NCBI GenBank assembly: GCA_009923445.1
Contig: RFTN01000002.1
Coordinates: 38,436 to 102,435, forward strand
Source: a bacterium
Lineage (GTDB): Bacteria > Patescibacteriota > Saccharimonadia > Saccharimonadales > SZUA-47
Length of the DNA: 64,000 nt
Direction of reading: 5' to 3'
This document shows, one piece after another, positions 56,153 to 64,000 of the stretch (positions are counted from its first letter, which is position 1; the number at the start of each line of letters is the position of its first letter). A program made the position numbers and the translations under genes. A model generated the notes under the pieces. That model was given only the letters and a program-made list of their open reading frames with translations, had not been told where the DNA came from and ran no database searches.

Positions 56153-58450
56153 ATGTCTACAAAAAACTTAGTAATTGTTGAAAGCCCCGCCAAGGCTCGC
56201 ACAATCGAAAAATACTTGGGCAAAGACTACACTGTACTTAGTAGCTTCGGTCATATTCGTGATTTGCCAACAAAAGGCATGAGCATAGATAAAGAAAATG
56301 GCTTTACTCCAACCTATGAGATTCCTGTAGATAAAAAGAAAGTAGTTGCCGAACTTAAAAAGCAGGCCAAGGGCGCAACTGTATGGCTCGCGAGTGATGA
56401 AGACCGCGAAGGTGAGGCTATTTCGTGGCATTTGTGCGAGGCACTAAAACTTGACCCTAAAACGACCAAACGCATTGTGTTCCACGAAATAACCAAAAAC
56501 GCTATTTTAGAAGCTATAAAGCAGCCACGTACAGTAGATTTACACTTAGTTGATGCCCAACAAGCCCGCCGCGTACTCGACCGACTTGTTGGTTATGAAC
56601 TAAGCCCCGTGCTTTGGAAAAAGGTCCGCCCCGGCTTAAGCGCTGGTCGAGTACAATCTGTTGCAGTGCGTATTATTGTCGAGCGAGAACGCGAAATTAA
56701 AGCGTTCGAATCCGAAAGCTCATTTAAGATATTTGGCACCTTTACAACAAGCGACAAACGCGAAGTTACTGCAGAGCGTGCCGAGAAACTTGCTTCCTAT
56801 AACGATGCGCTATCGGTATTGGCGTCGAGTAAAGACGCGGTATTTAGTGTCGTATCAATTGATCAAAAACCGGGGTCTAAAAACCCAAGTGCTCCATTTA
56901 CGACAAGTACACTACAGCAAGAAGCCTCGCGTCGCCTAGGCTACGGCGTACGCCAAACTATGACCCTCGCGCAACGATTGTACGAAAACGGACACATAAC
57001 CTATATGCGCACCGACAGCACGAATTTATCTGGTCAAGCAATAGCTGCAGCAAGCGACTACATAACAAGTAGGTTTGGAAAAGAATATCACCAAGTTCGT
57101 CAATTTAAGACTAAAAATGCCAGCGCTCAAGAGGCGCACGAAGCTATTAGACCAACTAGTGTTGCGTCATTAGAGAAGGGTGCAGACGCCCAACAGCAAA
57201 AGCTTTACAAACTAATTTGGCAACGTTTTATTGCAAGCCAAATGGCACCTGCAAGCATACAAAAGACAGAGGTGACAATATCTGCTAGTGGTCAAAAAAT
57301 ACCATATATTGCTAAGGGAGAAGTGCTGCAATTTGATGGCTTTTTAGCGGTGTATGGTGGTGGCAAAGACGATGTAATTTTGCCTCAACTAGCCGTAGGC
57401 GATACACTATTGCGTCAAACACTTAATGCTACAGAGGTATTTAGCCGTGGTCCAGCTCGCTTTAGCGAAGCAAGCCTAGTAAAGGCCCTCGAAGAAATGG
57501 GTATTGGCCGCCCTAGCACGTATGCTCCTACTATTAGCACCATACAGACAAGAGGTTATGTTGAAAAAACTGACCTGCAAGGCACCCAGCGTAGTGTTCG
57601 TCATGCTGTACTTAGTAACAGCGGCATTACAGAGCAGACTACAGAAGAGACAACAGGGGCAGACAAAGGCAAGCTATTGCCAACTGCATTAGCTGAAATG
57701 ACGACTGACTTTTTAGTAAAATACTTTGCACCAATTGTAGATTTTGACTTTACCGCCAAGGCCGAGGCCGAATTTGACTTAATTGCTGAGGGAAAAACGG
57801 CCTGGAACAGTATGATAGCAGACTTTTACACAGATTTTAAACCACTTATTAGTGCGTCCGCAGATGTATCACGGGCAGAAACATCGCAATCAAAAACACT
57901 TGGAACCGACCCCAAAACAGGCAAGCCAGTCATAGCTCGATTTGGTCGTTTTGGACCAATGTTACAGCTTGGCGAAGTAGAAGGCGAAGAAGAAAAACCA
58001 AAGTTTGCGCCACTACCAGAAGGAACTACGCTAGACTCCGTAACATTTGAACAGGCAATTGAAATGTTTAAACTACCACGCGTAGTGGGCACTACCGAAG
58101 ACGGGCGAGAAATAAAGGCAAATGTCGGTCGTTTTGGGCCCTATATCGTCGTTGGTAAACTATTTGTAAGCATTAAGCCTCATGGCCCGCTCGATATAGA
58201 CGAACAAACTGCCCGAACCCTTATAACAGAAAAAGAAAATGCCGCAGCCGAGAATACAATTGCAGATTTTGGCACAATTCGGGTGTTAAAAGGCAGGTAC
58301 GGACCGTATATTACAGACGGCAAAAAGAATGCCAAAATTCCTAAAGATACAAAACCAGAAAAAATCACAGAAGCACAAGCCAAGATATTATTGGCCGAAG
58401 CACCCGCCAAAGGCAAGGGACGCCGCTTCACCAAAAAAGCTAAAAAGTAA
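56153..58450 (+). CDS. topA: DNA topoisomerase I
   Basis: Toprim LVIVESPAKARTIEKYLG, DEDREGE, active-site region ITYMRTDS, and Cys-less C-terminal repeats (RFGPMLQLG, RFGPYIVVG, RYGPYITDG). Confidence 0.93.
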   Translation: MSTKNLVIVESPAKARTIEKYLGKDYTVLSSFGHIRDLPTKGMSIDKENGFTPTYEIPVDKKKVVAELKKQAKGATVWLASDEDREGEAISWHLCEALKLDPKTTKRIVFHEITKNAILEAIKQPRTVDLHLVDAQQARRVLDRLVGYELSPVLWKKVRPGLSAGRVQSVAVRIIVEREREIKAFESESSFKIFGTFTTSDKREVTAERAEKLASYNDALSVLASSKDAVFSVVSIDQKPGSKNPSAPFTTSTLQQEASRRLGYGVRQTMTLAQRLYENGHITYMRTDSTNLSGQAIAAASDYITSRFGKEYHQVRQFKTKNASAQEAHEAIRPTSVASLEKGADAQQQKLYKLIWQRFIASQMAPASIQKTEVTISASGQKIPYIAKGEVLQFDGFLAVYGGGKDDVILPQLAVGDTLLRQTLNATEVFSRGPARFSEASLVKALEEMGIGRPSTYAPTISTIQTRGYVEKTDLQGTQRSVRHAVLSNSGITEQTTEETTGADKGKLLPTALAEMTTDFLVKYFAPIVDFDFTAKAEAEFDLIAEGKTAWNSMIADFYTDFKPLISASADVSRAETSQSKTLGTDPKTGKPVIARFGRFGPMLQLGEVEGEEEKPKFAPLPEGTTLDSVTFEQAIEMFKLPRVVGTTEDGREIKANVGRFGPYIVVGKLFVSIKPHGPLDIDEQTARTLITEKENAAAENTIADFGTIRVLKGRYGPYITDGKKNAKIPKDTKPEKITEAQAKILLAEAPAKGKGRRFTKKAKK

Positions 58451-58645
58451 TCATAAACTCTTTCTGTAGTGTTGTAAACTACGTTTATCCACAATTTGTG
58501 TCGATAGCGACAATGATGCGTAGTAATATTCACATACAACTTTTTATGCACAAATAGCTACTACGTGGTAAAATATAATTGTAATAACACTTGTTTGACT
58601 TATATAAATATTTGTTGTATTATTAACTTAATAAAAGAGAGTTAT

Positions 58646-59680
58646 ATGGCAGAAACCGATAAAGCAACTACACTACATATTGAGAAAACGATAGGTAACA
58701 TACTTGATGTTATTGACCGCGAGCGAGAGCGAGAAATTATTTCACGCCGCTACGGATTATTTGATCGAAAAGAAACCCTCGAGCAAATTGGGGAGCTTTT
58801 AGGTATTACCCGCGAACGCGTTCGACAACTTGAAAAATCTGTCATTTTACGCTTAAAAGCAGCTGCTGAAAAAGACCTACAAGACATCGAAGATATTAGT
58901 GATGTATTTAAACAAGAAATTGTTAAACTTGGTGGTGTAGCGCGTATAAGCGATCTTACTGCCACATTAGTAGAAAATCCGACTAAACTAGATCAGTCGC
59001 GTGTTTCGTTTTTAGCACAACTTGTACCGAGCCTAGCTTTTGTAGATGAAAGCGACCACTACCATATGACCACCGGTTTAGTCTCATTACACAGCGAAAA
59101 GGCTATCCGTGATCAAGTCGGGTACGTTATTGAAGCAATTAAAAAAATAGGCCAACCTGCAAAAATCGAAGAGATTGCCGGATCACTAGGCGATCCTAGC
59201 GCAGAACATGTACGAGCACTTGCAAGTATTAGCAAACACCTAGCGCATTTAAATGGTCGCTGGGGCCTTGCAAAATGGCCAATGGTTAACCCTAAAAACA
59301 TTCGTGACAAAATATATGTTATTTTGCACGAAAATGGCAAGCAAATGCACTTTAACGAAATTGCTAAATCTATTCGTGATAGCGGCTTTAAGCGTAAAGA
59401 CGTTACTACCCAAGCTATTCACAACGAACTTATCAAAGATGGTCGTTTTGTATTGGTTGGCCGTGGTATTTACGCCTTAAAAGAGTGGGGCTATAAGAAG
59501 GGGACTGTTTCTGACGTTATTACTGAGGTATTAACAGAAGCTAAAGAGCCTTTACACCGAGACGAAATTGTTAAACGCGTACTTAAAAAACGTTTTGTTA
59601 AAGAAACAACTATTTTGCTTAACTTACAGGGCAAGCCCGAATTTAAGCGCGTCGCTAAAGCTACGTACGCACTAGCTTAG
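58646..59680 (+). CDS. sigma-70 region-4-like HTH protein with a C-terminal HARE-HTH-like domain
   Basis: RRYGL...TLEQIGELLGITRERVRQLEKSVILRLK (r4.2-like). The C-terminus has MHFNEIAKSI...FVLVGRGIYALKEW. I moved the start from the track's GTG 58565 to ATG 58646. Confidence 0.6.
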   Translation: MAETDKATTLHIEKTIGNILDVIDREREREIISRRYGLFDRKETLEQIGELLGITRERVRQLEKSVILRLKAAAEKDLQDIEDISDVFKQEIVKLGGVARISDLTATLVENPTKLDQSRVSFLAQLVPSLAFVDESDHYHMTTGLVSLHSEKAIRDQVGYVIEAIKKIGQPAKIEEIAGSLGDPSAEHVRALASISKHLAHLNGRWGLAKWPMVNPKNIRDKIYVILHENGKQMHFNEIAKSIRDSGFKRKDVTTQAIHNELIKDGRFVLVGRGIYALKEWGYKKGTVSDVITEVLTEAKEPLHRDEIVKRVLKKRFVKETTILLNLQGKPEFKRVAKATYALA

Positions 59681-59696
59681 TTTATAAAATAAAGCC

Positions 59697-60395
59697 ATGG
59701 AACCTACACCCGAAATTGTCGCCCCAGATAGCATGTCTAATAAAGACATCCCTACAGATTTACAAAGGCGTTTAGCATATTTAGCAGCACACCAAAAACA
59801 ACAAGTACCATGGGTTGCAGGTGACGTTATTGAACTGCCAAATATTCAGGATTACGTAAAATTTGAAGATAGATTAATAGACTTTGTTCCTCATAATAAA
59901 CAAGCAGAGTTTATATGGGAGGGTCGAGAGAAAATCGATCAAAAAATTACGCCTAAGAAGTTCTATGGGCGAGTCTGTGACATATCGCTAACATATACTG
60001 ACCAGCCTTACGATTACATCCAGGCATACACCACTGGGCACCGCCGTGATACATTACTTAATACAACACAAACACCTGGCTTTGCCTTTGGTTTTATACT
60101 TCAGGCTGCCCTAAGCAGTACTGGCAGAGGCACTATTGGTGCGCTTGATACTTTTATTGCATATGCGTATCAAGGCCTAGAGCAGCAAAAAAATGGTCTA
60201 TATAATTTTAGATCACCCAGTAATTCATCAGTTGGCGCATGTGGTATACGCAGGGTTGTTTGCACACCAACAGTAGTAACCGATACACCACTTGAAGAAT
60301 TAAGGGAATCGTCAAGACAAACCGCACTGCGCTTAAAAAGGCGGGCTATGAAACACCCTTACCGCGGGGCTACCGAGACAAATCGCAGTACATAA
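59697..60395 (+). CDS. hypothetical protein
   Basis: 232-aa ORF. ATG lies 6 nt after TAAAAT (59685-59690). Confidence 0.5.
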   Translation: MEPTPEIVAPDSMSNKDIPTDLQRRLAYLAAHQKQQVPWVAGDVIELPNIQDYVKFEDRLIDFVPHNKQAEFIWEGREKIDQKITPKKFYGRVCDISLTYTDQPYDYIQAYTTGHRRDTLLNTTQTPGFAFGFILQAALSSTGRGTIGALDTFIAYAYQGLEQQKNGLYNFRSPSNSSVGACGIRRVVCTPTVVTDTPLEELRESSRQTALRLKRRAMKHPYRGATETNRST

Positions 60396-60432
60396 CATTT
60401 ATATTTAAAGTACTACGAATTAACTAGATATT

Positions 60433-60993
60433 ATGAATTTACAACGTTATCAGGGATGCACTCTAGAGGTTTTTGACGTAAATATAGACGAACTTCGACA
60501 ATCAAGAATGTCACAGATAATCGATACTTTGCCTCCTCATGAAGATACGTTTGTAAGATCAACGACTGTAAGTATAGGTGGCGTGGCTACGCATGACATG
60601 GCCTCGCGTGGCATAGATTATTTTTTATCAGAAGTAGATAGAGGCATGCAAGAGATAACGACTGCCGCGTCAGTCGGCGTTGTATGGCATGAATGGGGCC
60701 TTATACGTCGCTCTTCTCCACATTTCTACTATAGTGATGAATTGGCCATATTTGGCATTACCGACTATGTGTTAGGTGCACGTGTACAGCGATTACAAGG
60801 ACATACAGTAAGTAGAGCAAGTGAGCACTTTATTTCGCTGCCGATTGCCCTTAACAAAGCAGTAAAAACATTTAGAAAAGAAAACGGCTGGGGTTTTTTA
60901 GATATAGCAAGATCCGTACAGTTTACCCAACCGCCAGTAGAGAAGGGGATTTCTGTACCTATTCTGCATGATATAGAACCACGCCTATACTAA
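60433..60993 (+). CDS. hypothetical protein
   Basis: 186-aa ORF with no recognisable motif. Confidence 0.5.
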   Translation: MNLQRYQGCTLEVFDVNIDELRQSRMSQIIDTLPPHEDTFVRSTTVSIGGVATHDMASRGIDYFLSEVDRGMQEITTAASVGVVWHEWGLIRRSSPHFYYSDELAIFGITDYVLGARVQRLQGHTVSRASEHFISLPIALNKAVKTFRKENGWGFLDIARSVQFTQPPVEKGISVPILHDIEPRLY

Positions 60994-61035
60994 GCTAATG
61001 CTATACTACTATCTAGGAAGTGACCAATAATTACT

Positions 61036-63600
61036 ATGGCGCTATTACGCAAAAAACAACACAACTTTAACGATACGGTGCTACTTGCGCTGGAGATTCC
61101 ACGTACCAACGACAAAAAAGAACTTGCAGCCGAACAAATGCTAGCAGCCCTACACGGTATTTTGCGTCCCAAGCGCGAAAAGCATATGCAAGAACATATT
61201 AGCCTAGAAATGAGCTCTATTGGTGGGCGTATACGTTTTTACATATGGACCCCTAAGCATTTACAAGCATTTGTAGAGGGGCAGGTATATGCTCAGTATC
61301 CGACTGTGCAAATATTCGAGCAGTCAAACGACTATGCAGAGCGCACTCTCGAGCAACCGATCGTTTATGGCACCGAACTTGCTCTCACCACTCATGATTC
61401 TATTCCTATAAAAACATTTCCGAGCTTTGAAGTTGACCCGCTTGCAGCCATAACAGCAACGCTTGCAAAGCTCGACCGAGAGAACGAGGAAGTGTGGATA
61501 CAGATTATGGCCCGACCAATTGCTGACGAATGGCATATGCGCGGTGCTAAACAAGTGAACACTATTAAAAAAGGCGGTGCTGTCCGTACTGGCGGCGGGG
61601 GACTTGGTTATGTTGGCCAGGCATTTGCCGCCCTTGTAAAGCCGCCAGAAGCAAGTACTAAATCATCTATAGCTGTTGATTTGTCAGAACGTGACAAAAG
61701 CCGCATACATGCAATCGAAGAGAAGAGCACAAAGCTAGGCTATCAAGTTAAGGTTCGTATAGTATACGCCGGTCCTGACCAGTACACGGCCAAAAACCAA
61801 ATGCAGGCTATGGTGGGGGCTTTTAAGCAATTTAATACTACGAATTTAAACGGCTTTACAAGCAAAAAACCTACCTTTAAAAGAGATGTAGTAGCCGAAT
61901 ATCGTGCCCGCTTTTTTATAGACCAAGGCTTCATATTAAACATCGAAGAGCTTGCGAGCTTGTTTCATTTGCCACATACGACAGTCGAAACCCCAAATAT
62001 TGTATGGGCTACTACCAAAACGGCCGAACCACCAGCCAAAATTCCTACAGCAAAAACACATGACGCAAGTGATATTAGTCTGTTTGGCGTATCTAATTTT
62101 AGGGGCACAAATACGGTATTTGGTATTGGCCGTCGTGACCGAGCGAGGCACATGTACATTATTGGACAGACGGGTACAGGCAAGTCGGGATTGCTTGAGC
62201 TTTTGACCTTGAGCGACGTGTACTATGACCAAGGTATTGCTATTATTGACCCGCATGGCGATTACGCGCAAAGTATTATGAAGTTTATTCCCGAGCGCCG
62301 CATAAAAGACGTGGTATATTTTAACCCAGCTGATGCTGACTTCCCGATAGGCTTTAACCCGCTTGAAGTAACTGACCCAAGCCTTAAAAATCACACCTCA
62401 AGTGAGCTTGTAGGTGTATTAAAACGCATGTTCGAAAGTTGGGGCCCACGGCTTGAATATATACTGCGCTACACCATTTTAGCGCTACTAGACTACCCAA
62501 ATGCGACTATGCTAGATATTACCCGCATGTTGACTGAAAAGTCGTTTAGAGATGATGTTATAGCCCATGTTTCAGACCCCGTTGTGCGTAATTTTTGGAC
62601 GATTGAATTTGCAAGCTGGAACGAAAAGTTCGCAAGTGAAGCTGTTGCACCTGTACTTAATAAAGTTGGTGCTTTTACCGCCAACCCAATGCTTCGAAAC
62701 ATTGTTGGGCAAACAAAAAGCAGTATTAACATCCGCCAACTTATGGACGAAGGTAAAATTTTAATCGTAAACCTCTCGCGCGGCGTTGTCGGCGAGGACA
62801 ATGCGGCTATACTGGGTGCTTTAATGGTAACCAAAATTCAGTTGGCAGCTATGAGCCGCGCTAACATACCCGCCGAACAACGCCGTCCGTTTTACTTGTA
62901 CGTCGACGAGTTCCAGAATTTTGCAACCGATAGCTTTGCCGTAATTTTAAGCGAAGCTCGTAAGTACGCACTAAACCTTACCGTAGCTAACCAGTATGTT
63001 TCACAAATGTCACAAATTGTACGAGACGCTGTGTTTGGTAACGTCGGGTCAATGGTGAGCTTTAGGGTCGGAGCTGATGATGCAGCGTTTTTAGGTAAGT
63101 ACTATATACCACAATTTGAAGCTCAAGACCTAATACAGCTGCATAATCGACACTTTATTGCCACAATGAGCATTGAGGGCGAAAAAACACCACCATTTAG
63201 CGGCAGTACCCTACAAATACCGCAAAACCCAAACGATTTCACTACACAAATAATAGAACATTCACGCCGTGGTTACGCACAGCACAAAACTATCGTAGAA
63301 GCCACAATAGCACAGCAAACACAGCCTAAACGCCACAATGCAGCCCACATGGCGCTCAAGGCAACGTTAAAACCAGTTATACCAATCGAGAAGGTAGTAG
63401 CATACAGCAATCCAACACAAACATCACAATCAAATACACAGCAAGCACAGCAACAAACAGTACACCCCGCTAAAAGGCAAAGAACCCGTAAAAAAAATTC
63501 TGAGCATAACAACCAAACAAAATACGAACATAAGCAACAGCCAATTATTAAAGAACCAGCAAAACCACAATCTGACGAAACAGTAATACGACTTAGGTAG
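61036..63600 (+). CDS. VirD4/TraG/TraD-like (FtsK-HerA superfamily) P-loop ATPase with an uncharacterised N-terminal domain of about 330 aa and a Gln/Thr-rich tail
   Basis: Walker A IIGQTGTGKSG, IAIIDPHGDY, Walker B FYLYVDEFQNFAT, and LNLTVANQY. Confidence 0.7.
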   Translation: MALLRKKQHNFNDTVLLALEIPRTNDKKELAAEQMLAALHGILRPKREKHMQEHISLEMSSIGGRIRFYIWTPKHLQAFVEGQVYAQYPTVQIFEQSNDYAERTLEQPIVYGTELALTTHDSIPIKTFPSFEVDPLAAITATLAKLDRENEEVWIQIMARPIADEWHMRGAKQVNTIKKGGAVRTGGGGLGYVGQAFAALVKPPEASTKSSIAVDLSERDKSRIHAIEEKSTKLGYQVKVRIVYAGPDQYTAKNQMQAMVGAFKQFNTTNLNGFTSKKPTFKRDVVAEYRARFFIDQGFILNIEELASLFHLPHTTVETPNIVWATTKTAEPPAKIPTAKTHDASDISLFGVSNFRGTNTVFGIGRRDRARHMYIIGQTGTGKSGLLELLTLSDVYYDQGIAIIDPHGDYAQSIMKFIPERRIKDVVYFNPADADFPIGFNPLEVTDPSLKNHTSSELVGVLKRMFESWGPRLEYILRYTILALLDYPNATMLDITRMLTEKSFRDDVIAHVSDPVVRNFWTIEFASWNEKFASEAVAPVLNKVGAFTANPMLRNIVGQTKSSINIRQLMDEGKILIVNLSRGVVGEDNAAILGALMVTKIQLAAMSRANIPAEQRRPFYLYVDEFQNFATDSFAVILSEARKYALNLTVANQYVSQMSQIVRDAVFGNVGSMVSFRVGADDAAFLGKYYIPQFEAQDLIQLHNRHFIATMSIEGEKTPPFSGSTLQIPQNPNDFTTQIIEHSRRGYAQHKTIVEATIAQQTQPKRHNAAHMALKATLKPVIPIEKVVAYSNPTQTSQSNTQQAQQQTVHPAKRQRTRKKNSEHNNQTKYEHKQQPIIKEPAKPQSDETVIRLR

Positions 63601-64000
63601 AGCAGTTACATAAAACACAAAATAAAAATTTGCGGGCGACCTATAAATATTTACAACTTAAACGCAGGGCAGACACGAATCGAGCCATAGACATTACGTC
63701 GTACAATGTATATTTTGCGACTGATAATGAGTGCGGATAAGTTGAACACCAAGTACCCCCGCATGGGGGACTATTTTGTAATCGACACCTATACATACGA
63801 TTTATACATATACAATCTACTCTTGTTATGTGTATTAGCACTATTTGCTTCAAACTTGTCCGTAGACTTATCCACAGCACCGTGAAAACTAACCGGTATA
63901 GATTTCACGCGTCGTTATTTATTATTTGCATTTCCCCCGCTTTGATAGTTATATATAGTTTTTTGACAAATGCCCTACTTTGTATATTAATATGTTTTTT

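Noticed and set aside
61936-62394. 152-aa minus-strand ORF inside the VirD4-like gene
   Set aside because: It overlaps the Walker A region of the well-supported + strand gene, so it is a shadow ORF.
63641-63880. 79-aa minus-strand ORF in the terminal non-coding region
   Set aside because: It is Cys/Arg/Leu-rich with odd composition and has no SD or -10-N6 geometry. The region looks regulatory (DnaA-box-like sites, a hairpin at 63756-63769).

Overview
This is a gene-dense 64-kb bacterial window read under the standard code (11). Many convergent genes overlap at their 3' ends, and there are many small orphan ORFs. The gene content includes a sortase, a PEGA protein, a DUF3048 protein, receiver-only response regulators and a VirD4-like ATPase with an unknown N-domain. 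This fits a reduced Gram-positive-type lineage such as Patescibacteria/CPR (Saccharibacteria-like), but that placement is inference and was not verified. Recognisable core genes are queA, a UvrD-type helicase-nuclease, an aquaporin, heme O synthase, a complete F1Fo atp operon, a glutaredoxin-like gene, smpB, pyrH, xth, gltX, der, pth, dprA and topA. There are also two histidine-kinase/response-regulator pairs, tRNA-Leu(CAA) and tRNA-Glu(CUC). I saw no rRNA, no CRISPR array and no intact integrase or transposase. The observations most worth a second look are: (1) Two unrecognisable small ORFs sit between atpA/atpG and atpG/atpD and are translationally coupled to them. (2) The tRNA-Glu locus looks like an outer tRNA copy split in its T-loop by about 370 nt that carries a complete replacement tRNA-Glu with its own -10 box and terminator, plus a related hairpin element. 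(3) Next to it lies a partly AT-rich accessory segment of about 5.6 kb, bounded by short direct repeats. It carries Fic, an NYN nuclease, a lipoprotein esterase, an IS-type HTH remnant and a beta-helix protein. (4) A WhiB-like gene sits just outside that segment. (5) A non-coding unit of about 360 nt runs from a near-consensus promoter to an intrinsic terminator, and I could not assign it to a class. (6) A TATAAT-N6-ATG geometry recurs and implies leaderless first genes, which moves several start codons relative to the supplied ORF track. All functional calls come from motifs read in the translations. No database search was run.
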